The notes: generated from the sequence alone by a model not told the origin. A stretch of 64,000 nucleotides of DNA from Leucoraja ocellata (GCA_036785375.1 JAWMAR010000342.1:1674001-1738000); one strand, 5' to 3'; counted from the stretch's first letter, positions 38,435 through 51,588 are shown. Translations and numbers: made by a program.

Positions 38435-39477
38435 GTAGGTATGTTGCAAAACCTACCTGAATCGTCGCTGAGAATCTGCTCCAGCCCGTGTGCGCGATTT
38501 TGGCGCTGTTTAGAGGGGGCGGGTTTAAAACGCGATTTTTACTAGGCTGTTCCAATCGAAGATGTTCAGCCTAGTAAAATCATTAACGAAAAATCGCTGA
38601 AAGACCCCGTCGCAAAAGGTATTATTAGTTTTATAGGCCTCGAATAATAGTTATAATAGTTTTAAAATCACTCTCTCAACCCGCGGCCTCTCGCAGCCCC
38701 AGGGTTTTATAAAGCAAACAATTAAAGGTATGTGCCTTATTTTTACATTAAAAGGGGCTTCTTAAGACCCCTTTATACAAAGTTTACTATAGCGAGTAGT
38801 TCATTTTGGGCTCTTTATATCCCGCAGTATTTTTCTGGGCATTTGAGAGCACAAATCCAGCGCAATGTGAACGTTCTAAACCAGCGCATTCACAGGAACC
38901 CACTAGAAAGCTGATTTAAAATGGACTTTAATTTACAGCAATTGAACACTAAATTCCTTCCATTTGGCCTATAAATTGATGTAAATGAGATTTAAAAATC
39001 ATGTTTTATTGTGAATTATTTGTGAATATTATTTGGACACTTAGGCTATTTAAAAATGTTAATCATTTATTAAGAAATGGATAGATGTTTAGATCTAGTA
39101 ATTGAAGTTTAAAATTAGCTACAATTGGGTGACTAACTAATTATATGCTTTAATTTCAGGTCATCCAAGTAAGATTATTTTATATTTGTTTCAGAATGGT
39201 TCAATCTATGATAACTGAAAATTTCATTCAGTTCTCTTAATTTTTAAGAAGGTTATGGGCTTTTGACTGTCCACGATCACAGCTTTTTTGTTATGTCCAT
39301 AGAAAATCAATAGGGAACAAGATGCTAATTTCCGAGTATGAAAATGGCCATAACTTTTTTATTACTTGAGATATGAAAGTGAATTAGGTGTCAAATTAAA
39401 CTTCTTTTTATGCTTTATCTGATGGGATAAATTACAGACTTGATTTTTTAAATCTCAAAATTTTGTAACATTGCTAC
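38435..39477. mobile_element. Unclassified TIR element (GTAG...CTAC) nested in the hAT-like element
   Basis: gtaggtatgttgcaaaa / ttttgtaacattgctac, flanked by tcact (38430-34 and 39478-82). Confidence 0.75.
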
Positions 39478-39965
39478 TCACTGACATCCCCTGTGCTCCC
39501 CTCCACATCTACACCCCCCAAATCTTTTCATCCTGCGCTGATCACCTTATCCACCTCGTATTGATTCTCCTGCCACCCTCCATCCATCCTACACAGGTCC
39601 CCCAATTCATCCTGTACTGACCCCCTTTCCCATTCATCCTGCACTGCTCCCTCCATTCATCCTGCAGTGCTCCCCCATCCATCCTGTACTGATCCCCTCA
39701 TTCATCCTGTAGTGATCCCCATTCATCCTGCACAGACCCTCCGATCCACACTGTACCGACCCTCACCCCCCTCCATTCATCCTGTATTGAATCCCCCATT
39801 CATCCTGTACTGATACCCCCATTCATCCTGTACTGATACCCCCATCCATCCTGCACAGATCCCCCCCATTCAACACCACTGACATCCCTCGTGCTCCCCC
39901 CTTGCAATTTTACATACTCCAACCTACACGCACTAATTCACCTGCCTCAATCCATCCATTCCGCA
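39478..39965 (+). repeat. ~21-22 bp minisatellite (ccccattcatcctgtactgat)
   Basis: More than ten degenerate units; similar units begin at about 38385, before the nested element. Confidence 0.9.
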
Positions 39966-40639
39966 CCGATTGCCTTCTCAACAGGATGAATGAGGGGATC
40001 AGTACAGGAAGTGGAAATAACTAATAGAAATTGCATTAATTGCAAGGTGTAAAAAAAGTTGAGATACTGTATTATAATTTTGCTGCATGTCATTGTGGTA
40101 TATATCATGTCTTGATTGGTGAATATGTTTAGTTTGTGACTTTATTTGAAGCAGAAATAATATGTGAATGCTTCATTGAGCATAATTCCGACTGGTTACT
40201 ACGCACTTCGTCCGAGCACATTATCGCATGCGTCCCGTCTTAAATGACCATCTAAACTGTCATTTGCAAGCTAAAAGGCAGCCTAGGTGACCCGGCTGGC
40301 AACAGGGAAAAAAGGTTAAGTGAGAGCCCTGTGTTGGAGGAGGTAGTTGAGGCAGGAATTGTAACAACATTTAAAAGAAACATTTAACAGCTACATAAAT
40401 AGGAAAGATTACGAGATATATGCACCAAATGTGGGCAAATGGGACTGCTGAGATGGGGCATCATGGTCAGCATGGACGAGTTGGGCTGAAGGGCTTGTTT
40501 CCATGTTGTGTGACTCTAGGGTATGACAATAATAAACTAATTCCAATATCGTGAATACTGTATATTCTCCACAACCATACGCTCATCACAACCTCACCCT
40601 CTCCACAATCTCACGCTCATCACAACCTCACACTCACTA

Positions 40640-42100
40640 CAAAAAATATCCACTCAACAGCTGGTGATATTACACGTGGGTTTAGATGCAGAGATTTAAA
40701 TAAGAGCCTAGATAGGGCAAAATAAAAAAGAAGGCTGAGGGGTCGGACAAAGAGATGCATTGTGCATTTGGAAGCCTGTCAGGAAGCCAATGCTTAATGT
40801 CAAACAGCATCAGGAAGTCTGGCATCAACTTGGCCTTTGGGCCTTGTGCCGAGTCTGGAGCCATTCATTCCAGTGTGGATACATTGCCAAAGTAATACCC
40901 ATGCTTAATGAAGAGCCTCATGGATGGTGTTGCACATCTAACAGCAATACAAGCACCACCAACCTAGCAGTTTGATGCAACAACGTAAGTTTAGACCACG
41001 TACATTCATATCTGGAACCAGGATCAACATAAGCACACAACCAAGTCAAGCCTGCAAACCTACCTCACCAACATTCAGGGACATACAAAATTGGACGAGT
41101 TATCCGAAACAGTGGCCTGACATAGTCAGATATGTGCTGATATGATTATCTCCATCCTGGGCATATCCTGTCCCACTAACAGGACAGAGTCACAAGAAGC
41201 AGAGTGATGGCAGAGTGATAAATTGTCATGAAGTTGTGGCTCTAGTGGTCCATGACATTGACTCTGGCTTTCATCAAGTCCCAAGGCAAAGAAACTCCAT
41301 GTTGATTTCCACCCCCGGCTATTGATTCAGTCCACTTCTGTACTGAAAATGTGAAAGAAATGGAGAAGGTGGGCTGGGACACTTTAAAATGTATCACCAG
41401 GAGTTGTTTGATAATATAATGCAGGAGAGTCTGGATGAATCCTGAAGGACAACACCACAAGATAGAGCAAGAAAGAAAGAAGGTGAGGGAACCAATATGA
41501 TGGACAAATGTTGTCTTCGTCAAACAATTAGAAAAGATGTATTAATCCATGGCAGTATTGGAAAGCATGATCAACATACTTTCCTTATGGAAAATAAGTT
41601 CTGTGCCACACAAGTGTCTGGTAATGACCATCTCCAACATAAGAGATGTTTAACGGCAATACCGCCCCTGAATATCCCCAGCATCAACCTTCCAGTGTCT
41701 CCTTTGAACAGAAGTTTTCTGCACCAAATGTTTAATATCATGATAACAAAAGCAGGACAGGGTCTCGAATTCTGTGTGTGTGATTCACTTCCTGACTCTC
41801 TCTCCACCATCTATAAAGCTTAACATCATCCAGGCACTTTGGTTGATCAACACTTCCCCATCTTCACTGTATATATATTCACACCATACGGCACCAATGT
41901 GGGTACCGACTGTGTAGATTTACAAATTACTTTGTAACTTGCAGAGGCTTCTCTGACAGGAGTTCCCAAACTCACAAACTTTGCAACTGGGAAGCAGTCC
42001 TGAGAGAAAGGCATCGCTTTCCAGTTCCTGTCTAAATCTGTCATATCCTGATTGTTCCTTGCTACTGAGTTAAGATTCTGGAACTCTTCATTTCAAAAAG
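40640..42100 (+). mobile_element. Old CR1-like LINE, fragmented
   Basis: gtgccacacaagtgtctggtaatgaccatctccaac..., caccatctataaagc, tccaggcacttt..gatcaacac resemble the RT region of old elasmobranch CR1-like LINEs. Confidence 0.55.
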
Positions 42101-43939
42101 GTTGGAGTTTAGAAAAAGAGAATTGTTGCAATTGTAGGGAGTGCAATTTACAATAAGTAAATTGCAATACATCAGTAGTGGATTCTGGTTTTGAATCGTA
42201 AATTCACTAAGTTACTCGAAAGGTTTTGGCTTCACTTAAGGATAAGAAACTACTGTCGTTCACTATCACTTTGGTGCACATAAAGCCCATCTCTAACACT
42301 AGGAAATGTTGAATGAGAGAATGCAAATAGCATGAAGAGGAAAAACACAAAAAAATTAACATCAGGGTTCAAACAGGCATGAGATTCAAATAAAACCTTA
42401 ATCCTTCTTAATTACCTTGTAAACAAAACTAACTATTCCTGACACGTTATATATGTGAATATATAAATAACTATTAGTGGGTGCATAGAGCAATGAAATT
42501 TGACTGTTTCAGTAACAACATCAACCTGTTTATTCTAAATTATTTATTTTGTTTGCTAAAGTTGTGGACAGAGGATCATTATGACCATGTTTTAATGACT
42601 TATCTGTGATATTGTCAACTAATGTTTGAACTCTAACTTTACAAACTGGTTAGCAAATTGTGCATTTATTGACAGACAGCTTTTTTAGCCATTGTGCTTA
42701 TGATTTAAGTACAGAAATATTGAAAAATTAGTCTGTGCCAGGCTGTCACATGTCTTTGTGTACTTGATTAACAATGCAATTATTATTAAGTAAACATCTA
42801 TTCAAGCATTACAATAATTGCACAGAAGTTGCAACAATCAATACCTGAAGTTCAAAACTGAAATTAAAATAGCTCACAAGTACAATACCTCAAAAATAGT
42901 CAAAATATAACATAGGTACAAGAGGCTGGAGAAGGAGCTCACAAACATATTTATTTAACCAGAGATGAGAATTAAAAGGGGAGAAGATAACAGAAAATGT
43001 GAATGCAACCATGCACCTTCATTACAAAAAAAATAATATTGTTTTGAAATCTATATATCAATGTACCCATGCATGTTTGGAAAATTAAATGTATAGGCAA
43101 GAAGAGGTGATTACTCTAAAATTATATTTTAAATATTACAAAATATATTTTAAATCTCTCACTGAAGCAGAGAAACTGAAAGAACTGGTACTTTGTTAAG
43201 AAAAGACAGGCTGCGCAGTAGAGGAAGGTTAACATCCCCTTTAATTTGAAATAGAATGATACCGATTGCACAATGTATTTAACATGCTTATTTTGATACA
43301 ATGCAATGACTTTTACTGAGCAGCAGCGTAGGAATTGATTGTAGTAATAAGCAGGCTACACCAGTTGAGCAAACTGGCGGCGCTTATAATTAAACAGAAT
43401 GGATGAGTGAGATCAGAAGGCTAAAATTACAGGTTTATTCCTGTGCCCGTGCTATGATATGAATGTGAAAATTACACGGTTCTTTTTAAATACAGGGGCT
43501 CTTTATCCTATGTACAGTATGTTCTACCCAATTATTCTGTAATGTTAAGGTAGCCGCTGATAATCTATTGAGAGTAAAGAAGATTTTATTTAAAACATCA
43601 AGTAATGAGATTCTTTCATGACTCAGTGGGAGATGATGCCATATGTAGTGGGAAGCTCTATTCAACATGCCAACACATGTAAAAATACTCACATTTTATC
43701 ATAATAAACAAGGTTATTGAACAGAGGTGGCAGTAAGAATGCGTGTTTCTCTTCCTGCAATGCCTACTTTTGATGCTTTGGTTTTTTTTTTACTTTGTAC
43801 ATGTCACCAGAAGATTTGATTTTCACAATTTTCTCCTTAATAATCTCCCATTTGCCCCTGTCCATGAAGTCCAATCAATAACAGCTAATTTGCCTACACC
43901 TGCTCAGTCCATTCCTAACCCCCTCATCCTTGTTGACAT

Positions 43940-44249
43940 GACGGCACAGTGGCGCAATGGTAGAGTTGCTGCCTTACAGTGCCAGAGACCCGGGTTCGAT
44001 CCTGACTACAGGTGCTGTCTGTAGGGAGTTTGTAAGTTCTCCCCGTGACCTGCGTGGGTTTTCACTGGTAGTTCCGGTTTCCTCCCACACTCCAAAGATG
44101 TACAGGTTTGTAGGCTAATTGGCTTGGTAAAATTGTAAATTATCCCTAGTGATTGCAGTATGCGGGGATCGCTGGTTGGCATGGATTCGATGGGCCAAAG
44201 GGCCTCTTTCCGTGCTATATCTCTAAACTAAACTAAAACTAAACTAGAC
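43940..44249 (+). mobile_element. HE1-type V-SINE
   Basis: gtggcgcaatggtagag...gggttcgatcc A/B boxes, V-domain, (aaact)n tail. Confidence 0.92.
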
Positions 44250-44524
44250 TGTTAAATCAAAATATTTTAAATTAAAGTTTGCACCTACAGGTTCCCCTTG
44301 TCCTCATCTTAATTCCTTCCATCTGACTTCCTGCTCCATACTTATAATCTTCTGACTTTGGTATATTATCTAGTCTTTTTCATCCTTTATCCCACCAGTG
44401 GTGGCAATCTTTTCAACCATCTTGGTCAAAGCCCTAGAGCCTTCTAAAACCTCATAAACCTCGATACACAACTCTTTGTACAAGGTTTCAAGCAATCTTT
44501 CTTATATCCCCAACTCTGTACTTA

Positions 44525-44824
44525 AAAACTGATCCCACACATTTGGCGAAAGAACTGATAACATGTTCATTGTTGCGAGGTCAGGATGTCAGCGTGCGAC
44601 TGCAATACGTCCGCGTGTGTACGCGATACGTCACGCCGGAGGCGCGCAAAGATTTTGTGCCCTACAAAATCCAGGAGCGCCGCGCGATATCACGCACAAC
44701 TCCATACCCCTCCGCGCTTCTCCATGTGACCGTCCCGCACGGCCCACATGCTACCCGTGCGTCTCAACGTGATGACGAGATCATGTAAATGTCGCGCAAA
44801 TGACGGCCAAGTGGGACAGGCCCT
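44525..44824. mobile_element. PIF/Harbinger-type MITE (left TIR degenerate)
   Basis: Right end aagtgggacaggccct|TTA; left TTA|aaaactgatcccac; CpG-rich interior. Confidence 0.7.
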
Positions 44825-45089
44825 TTACTCTTCTGTGTCAGTGCATTTCCAGCTATGTGGCAGAGCAGTGCAGTACAGCAGCGGGGAAGTTTAAAATTTG
44901 ATTGGCTCGTTGACACAGCAGTCAAACAAAGTTAAAGTTGAGCAGAGCGGCCTACTGGAAGTGGCCATTTTGGGAGAATCTTTGCGTGGAGGTGCAGTGC
45001 TGTAGGTGAGGGTATTGCTGAGGCATTGACTTGAGAGGCTTCTGCAAGAAGGCTGAGCAGAGCATGATGGCAAGATAATATCTTGGGAT

Positions 45090-45600
45090 TGAGAATAACT
45101 ACCTCTGGTATGAGCTAACTGATGAGGATAAAGTGGGACCCACAGACTCTTCCACATATAGGAAGGTGGCGCCAGACAGGGCAGGTGGGTGGGTAGTCGG
45201 TGAAGTTTCAAGCTCCTGCTGACATTCATACAGGGTTTCTGTCAACTCCTGAAGCACGTTTCTTCTGCACAGTGAGCAGTCATGGGCCAGACATTCCCAA
45301 GAGTCAGTAAAGATGTTGCATTTTTTGAAGGCGGCTTTAAAAACATCCATGAGTCCTTTTATCTGCATACCTAGTAAACTGTTTTGTGACAGGAATCTGC
45401 AACCAGGCTTGTGAATGACATGTCCTCCCCAATGTAACCACTTTGATGTGACTATGGCCTCAATGTTGGGGATTTTGGAAGGGGACACTGATTTGCTTGG
45501 GGACATTGAATTTGGAAGTGCCTGGTGTCATAGACCAGGTCTCGGAATCATAAATGGTCCAGTAGACCATGAGTTTTGTGCTGAGACTAAGGACTTGATC
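45090..45600 (-). mobile_element. RTE (BovB-like) LINE 3' remnant
   Basis: ORF 45099..45506: IEAIVT..WLHWGGHVIHKP...DVFKAAFKKCNI..DSWECLAHD. Confidence 0.7.
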
Positions 45601-45922
45601 TACAAGCGCTCTTCTGCTCTATTGAATATAGACGGTGCTGCCATGGGCAATGTAAGGAACAGCTAATACAAAGTCAATGTAGCATTCTAATACTTACATT
45701 CACTAGAAAGCTGACATATTGACATATTTGTTTACCAAACTATCCATTTTAAGTATATACCAAGCTTCTAGGATTCAAAAAATTGGAGTGGATTATGCAT
45801 GGCCAAATCATTTTCAAAAGAGCTTTTAATTTCCTCTGTCCTCACTTCATATCAAGAGGCATGTTCTTGGGCACACACCAACATACTTCCGATTAAGCTT
45901 GTTTACTCTTTTTAACTCTTAA

Positions 45923-46016
45923 GAGTCTGAGGAAGGGTCTCGACCCGAAACATCACCCATTCCTCTGCAGAGATGCTGCCTATATCACTGAGTTACTCCA
46001 GCATTTTGTCTCTATC
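45923..46016 (+). mobile_element. Penelope-derived short element beginning at a hammerhead motif
   Basis: gagtctgaggaagggtctcgacccgaaacatcacccattcc...agatgctgcc...ctgagttactccagcattttgtctctatc. Confidence 0.8.
45924..45958 (+). ncRNA. Minimal type I hammerhead ribozyme motif
   Basis: CTGAGGA(45927-33)-a-GGGT ctcg ACCC-GAAA(45947-50)-c-ATC-acc; perfect stem II, AUC cleavage triplet. Activity untested. Confidence 0.6.
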
Positions 46017-46189
46017 TCAAGAGAAAATATTGTCTTTAAAATATCAACAAATTGCTCTCCCAGAAGAGTATATCCAAGAAGTTTGCATCCTGCTCAGAAG
46101 GATCTTGGAATCTTGGAACATCTCAGAAGGATGTTGCAATGCCTCAGCGTTGCTATATATTAAAAAGTTCTCTACTGAAAAAATAGGAC

Positions 46190-46306
46190 ATGAAGGAAAC
46201 ACGCGGCATCACGGGAAAAACATACAAACTCCACATCATCAGAATTGAACTCGGGTTGCTGGAGCTATGAGGCAGCCATTCTAATAGCTGCACCATTGTG
46301 TCAGCC
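46190..46306 (-). mobile_element. Old V-SINE 5' fragment
   Basis: Reverse complement ggctgacacaatggtgcagctattagaatggctgcctcatagctccagcaacccgagttcaatt. Confidence 0.7.
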
Positions 46307-46581
46307 AAAGAGAGTGATCATATTATTCACTAACTTTACTTATTTCTATCCCTGCGAGATTTAATCTGATGCAGTCCAAACATGTGTGACAAGAAAAATC
46401 CACATTGGTGAAATTCTTTAAGAATCCTAAACCTTTAAGTATTTGTTCTTCACAAACCAGCTATTCTTCCGGTATTCATTGTGTACAATTATTTGGGTTG
46501 GGTTGGCTGAGGAGGATAGTAGGGCATTCAGAAATCAGATGGAAGGGAGATATCATGGATTGGAAAGAAGAGATCAGCTTA

Positions 46582-46810
46582 AGGGCCAGTCCCACTTTCA
46601 CGACCTTATTTACTCGTGGACATTTTTCATCAGGCTAGAAAAACGCCCCGACCTACTTGATGCCATGAGCCATGCCTACGATTAGCATCACAACCTTCCT
46701 ATGACCTACCTACGACCTCCTACGACCTGGTGACGACCATGCTGCGAGTATGAGTCAAGGGCAAACTCGGCAGAGGTCGTGAATTAGGTCGTGAAAGTGG
46801 GACAGGCCCT
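46582..46810. mobile_element. PIF/Harbinger-type MITE
   Basis: TTA|agggccagtcccactttcacgacc...ggtcgtgaaagtgggacaggccct|TTA. Confidence 0.9.
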
Positions 46811-46974
46811 TTAGGTTGCGACTGCAAACCTCGGTATTTGCACCAGTGCAGAATGTTGCAAATACAGTTGTGGCAGCAGGAGAGTTCTGTAATTAACGTG
46901 TTGTGATAAAAAGAGGAAAGTGTTCTCTCCAGCAATCAGAGGTGTGGAATGAGCAACAGATATTTAGTTTTTTT

Positions 46975-47660
46975 CATTCAAGGGACTTGGGCTTCACAGG
47001 CTGAGCTAACATGTAATTGTCCATCCCTAACTGCCCTTGAGAAGGTGGTGGTGAGCTGCTTTCTTGAACTGTTGCAGTCCTTGAGATGTGAGTATACTCA
47101 GCATGCTAGTAGGAAGAGAGCTCCGGGATTTTGACCCAGCGATAGAAATGGAATGCAATATATTTCCAAAGTGCCTGTAAAACTGCAATAAGAAATAATA
47201 TCATTGTTCCGTTCCTAGTACATATGACAATTATGAGTCCTGAAGTCAGGATAGCCCATGCCTTGGAGGGCAACTTCTGGGTGATGGCGATCCATGCCTT
47301 TGGTGCCCTTGTTCTTCTAGGTGGTAGAGGTTGTGAGTATGAAAGGTGCTTTCTAAAAAGTCTTAGCGTGTTGTAGTGCAATCTATAAATTGTAAAAACC
47401 TGCTGCTTTGCATCAGTAATGTTATGAGTTAATAGTTATGGAGGGTATCAAATCGGATGCTATGACCTGTACAGTGTCAGGCTTCTTGAGTGTTATTGAA
47501 ACTTCACTCATCTAATGCAAGTGGAGAATATTCCATCACAATCCTGACTTGAAGATTACAGATGGTGAACAGGCTTTGGGTAGTTAGGAGGTGAGTTATT
47601 CGCTACAGAATTCATATTATCTGACTTGCTCAGGTCTTCATGTGGATGTCTCAAACAAAT
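46975..47660 (-). mobile_element. Old CR1-like LINE 3' region
   Basis: ccatccctaactgcccttgagaaggtggtggtgagctgctttcttgaactg...ttggagggcaactt...gcttcttgagtgtt. Confidence 0.65.
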
Positions 47661-49952
47661 TCCTGAAGTATCCACCTGGTAATATTTGTCCAGGATTGAA
47701 CACTCTATGACCACCCCCTGGTTTTTATTGGTTAATCAATTATACTTTCATTGCGAGATTACACCGGCTTAATTACTGGGGTACAGAGGCAGAAACGTTT
47801 TACTGGTTTTACTTAAACTGAAATATATTACATCCATTACTTTACCCCTATCAAGCTCCATCCTCAGGAGTGTGCTTTATCCTGGGTCTTTCTTGCTTCA
47901 TTACAACGGAACATTTGCCTTTATACAAGCAATAATATTTCTTCAATCACTAACGATCAGAAGTGTCATTATATGAAGATTACTTCACTGGCAATACTCT
48001 GTTATCAGTACGAGTCCAGTGGAAGAATTTCTGCAGCAGTGGCAGTATAAATGGATGTTGTGCATTAATCCAATTAATTAAAGCACTGTTTCTGACATTT
48101 TAAAAGGTTTAACTTATCAAGCAAATTTATTAATAGCACCAATTAAAATATTATCATAGAATATAAACAATTTTAAAATATTGTGCTATTTGGGGATGCA
48201 AAAAAAATGTGTTTGACATGGGATGGCATATAGTGACAAACCCAATGAGCTTTAATTATGGCTGGTTGAACAATTCTAAAATGTAAATATTTAGTTGTAA
48301 ATTCATATATCTTGTGTCCTCAATAACTATTAATTCACTAATTGAAGTTCCTTGTAAAAAAACTTGGGATTTTCAGTTTACATACAGTTCACTTGTGAGT
48401 AGTATGAGATGCTTCAATAGGCTATTAATTGATCCTACGCCATCACTGCGGCTCTTTGGGCAGCAGTAAATATGTTCACTAGCACAAGTGTAATATTTTA
48501 TTTTCACTTGAGTCACTCATCAATAAAATAGCCAGTGAAAGGACTGTGTATATCCACCTACTAAAAAAAATGCTATTGGTTGCTTGGTGGTAATACATCA
48601 TTGTCATATTCATGCAGATCGTAAAGAATGAAAAATGTCCATCATGCTGAGAATCCAGGCTATTTATTTACTCTAAGGATTATTCCGAGTCAATGGGCTG
48701 AAAATCATTAACCTTACAGCTCATCAAAGACAATTTTAAATGATTAGAAAAGACGACAATTACAATGGCTTGTTAAAAAAATATATGAAATCCCACCAAA
48801 TATTCTGAAACCTATCTAAACTCCACCTTGTGGTGCACTGAAATTGGGCCTTTATCTCTGTGAACTGTGCAGATAGATGCCAATAAATAACTGAACACAT
48901 TTGGAGTGACTTGGGAATAGATTGTCGTGGCAACACTGACTTTACTGCAGAAAAACAGTAAATGTTATTTATCTCAAACTCAAGACAAGGCATCACACAC
49001 TTTAGGATGCAATATTAATCCAATCAAAAATCAATTTCCCTTATCAGTGTTGGCGTAGGTGAGAAATTTTAGGAAATAGTAGAGGTGGGGAACATTAAAT
49101 TTCAGTGAATTGGAACTGAATCTATGTGAAAGATAAACAATGAGACCCAATGGCCCACAATAAAATAGAAAGTTGACACTGAGCACATAACTCAAGCCCA
49201 CAGAAAAAAAATGCTGCAGATGCTGGAATTATGGAATATAAACATAAATAACTCAAATGTCTAGTGCACCTGGAATGCTGCTCCCAAAGGGGGAATGGCA
49301 TTGACTCTTGCACAACTGAGGTGAAAATTACTCCCCAGGGAAATTATTGGTTAAATTTGCCCAGTGACATGAAATAATCAGAAATAGCCATTATTGCATT
49401 TCATTCTGAAACATATTAGGTCATTGAATTCAGGACAAAAATATCAAAAAGCACCAATACACAGTAAAGCAGATTCAGAATTTAAAATTTGCCCCACAGA
49501 TGCTACCTGACCTACTCAGTATTTCTGGTACTGCCAATGACCTCTGCGCCCTTTACAATTTACATAATTATTTCCATGTGGAAACCTTTTTCTTTCCAAA
49601 ACTTGAAAACGTTACTGCCAAAAAAACTTGAGGTCAATGGTAGTAAATGTGCCATATGTCAACATTTGCTCTAAATCTCATTACATTGATTAAATAGAAT
49701 ATATTTCAATGTTGACATGATAGTGTGTTTAGCACTACATGATGATTTTCTGAGGGTGCCAGTATTAATGGGATATGTGGATTAAGAAAACCACTTAATA
49801 ACAAAGTTGGGGGCATCGTGGTGTTTATTTCAAAAATTATTTGCTCCATAGTTGAAGAGCTTTAAATTAGATTATGTTTGGGTGGTAGATGACAGAAAAT
49901 CATATAGACACGGCAAAAGAGGAAGGCAGAGTACTTCCAAATAGAACAGTAA

Positions 49953-50490
49953 AGGGCCTGTCCCACTGCGGTGACCTAATCCACGAGTTCTGGCGAGTTT
50001 GCCCTCGACTCGAACTCGCAGCATGGTCGACACGAGGTCCTAGGAGGTCTTTGTAACTCTCCTTCATGCTCGAGGGTTGTCCTCGCGTACTCGAGGCCTC
50101 AGCTAGGTTGCGGCGTATTTTTCAACATGTTGAAAAATGCCCGCTAGTACAAAAAGGTCGCCATGGAAAAAAATTGATACTTTTTTTACTCGTAAGCTTA
50201 GTCGAAGTAGGTCGGCATGTTATTCGTAGGTAATCGAGGGTAGTCGAAGATAATCGAAGGTAGTCATAGATGGTCACCAGTCGAAGGGAGATCAAAGGAG
50301 ATCGAAGAAGGTCATCTTCACTCTTAATTATTTGAAGTCCAAGTTTCCCGTAGCTAGTCGAAGCTAGTCTTCAACATAGTCGAAGGACGACTTCTACATA
50401 GTCAAAGGAGGTCTTCAACATGACATTTTTTCAAACTCACCTAAACTCTTCTAAACTCACAAATTAGGTCGCCGCAGTGGGACAGTCCCT
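49953..50490. mobile_element. PIF/Harbinger-type MITE with an internal ~10-bp tandem array
   Basis: TAA|agggcctgtcccactgcggtgacctaat...attaggtcgccgcagtgggacagtccct|TAA; (tagtcgaagg)-like units at 50195-50415. Confidence 0.92.
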
Positions 50491-51019
50491 TAAGAGACAA
50501 CAAAATACATGACGACTAATATACTAATTCTGGGTGTTTGTTTTCGAACTGGTCAGTTGAAAATTCTTACCATGGGATTGCATTTGCTTTCCTTCTGTGA
50601 GAAATTCATAATCAGGATGACCTGACAGTGATTTATGAATATAAGGAATGAGCACAGCAGAAAACCAAACTACTGAAAACCAGCTTTTATTTCTAGCTCA
50701 GTTGAGCTTTAAAATAAAAACAGATAATTTTGAAGCATATTAAGGCTATTTGGGTGAAAGGAGAGGATTAGGTCTAGAGGATTTGGGATCCTTCGATAGC
50801 CAAAGGCTCCCACTGTTTGTGTAGAACCAGGGAAAAAGGTGCAGAGATCTAAGAAATACCAAAAGAAGCTAAATATGAAGTTGGGATATGTGTATCTTCT
50901 TATCAAGCAACTAATTTAAACAGCACTTGAATTTGATGAGAGTACAATACTAGGAAGTACAGTCCACATGAACAAGGCAAGCAAAAACTTTCCAAACCAC
51001 AACATAAACAGACATAAGA

Positions 51020-51280
51020 ATGGGTACACAGCAGTCAGTGTGAAGAACAGGAACACAACAGTTAATGTGAAGAAAATGAAGAGTGGAAACAATAATTAGT
51101 GTAAAGAGATTAGACAACGGGAACACAACTATCAGAGTGAAAATACTGGAGAAAGGGAACAGATGATGTGAAGACACTGGCGAGTGGGGAACACAATGGT
51201 CAATGTGAGAAGACTAGAGAGTGGGAACACAACAGGCAGCATGAACATAAGTGAGAGTGGGAACAAAGCAGGGAACACAA
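51020..51280 (+). repeat. Degenerate ~33-35 bp minisatellite
   Basis: Recurring gagtgggaacacaac...gtgaaga units. Confidence 0.7.
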
Positions 51281-51425
51281 ATTTAGATCAGCCATGATAT
51301 TATAAAATGGCAGAGCAATATTGAGAGACAAATGACATACTCTTGCTCCTAATTTATGTTTGTATCAGGAAGACTAGATTAGAATTGTGATGCAAGTAGC
51401 AAAATTAATCTATCATACAAATAGT

Positions 51426-51588
51426 TTGTAGAAACATAGAACTGCAGATGCTGGCTAATACACAAAAGGACACAAAGTGCTGGAGTAACCCAGCATGTCA
51501 GGCAGTATCTCTGGAGAACATGGATGGGTGACATTTCGGATCAAAACCTTTCTTCAAGTTACTGAGTTATTCTGACACTTTGTGTCCT
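51426..51588 (-). mobile_element. Penelope-derived short element
   Basis: tgtagaaacatagaactgcagatgctgg...gacacaaagtgctggagtaacccagc..gtcaggcag...gtgacatttcggatcaaaacctttcttca. Confidence 0.8.

Larger units (their letters stand above)
37661..40331. mobile_element. Composite non-autonomous hAT-like element inserted in a CR1 3' end
   Basis: TIRs cagggctcgaaattaac / gttaagtgagagccctg with subterminal ttgcccgggt-type repeats. tgttg is duplicated at the flanks and the CR1 sequence resumes (ggaggaggtagttgaggcagg). Confidence 0.8.

Noticed and set aside
37766-38438. Overlapping GC-rich ORFs (also 23286-23960, 34331-34688, 54817-55598)
   Set aside because: Open in several frames because of high GC inside non-autonomous elements; low-complexity peptides with no domain.
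39478-39965. Regular short repeats resembling a CRISPR array (also 50195-50415, 51020-51280, 55370-55480)
   Set aside because: Head-to-tail degenerate units without unique spacers, no cas genes, vertebrate context; these are minisatellites, mostly inside transposons.
43940-44015. tRNA gene-like A/B boxes (also 19164, 33760, 36806)
   Set aside because: They continue into a V-domain and CR1-like tail, so they are SINE heads rather than tRNA genes.
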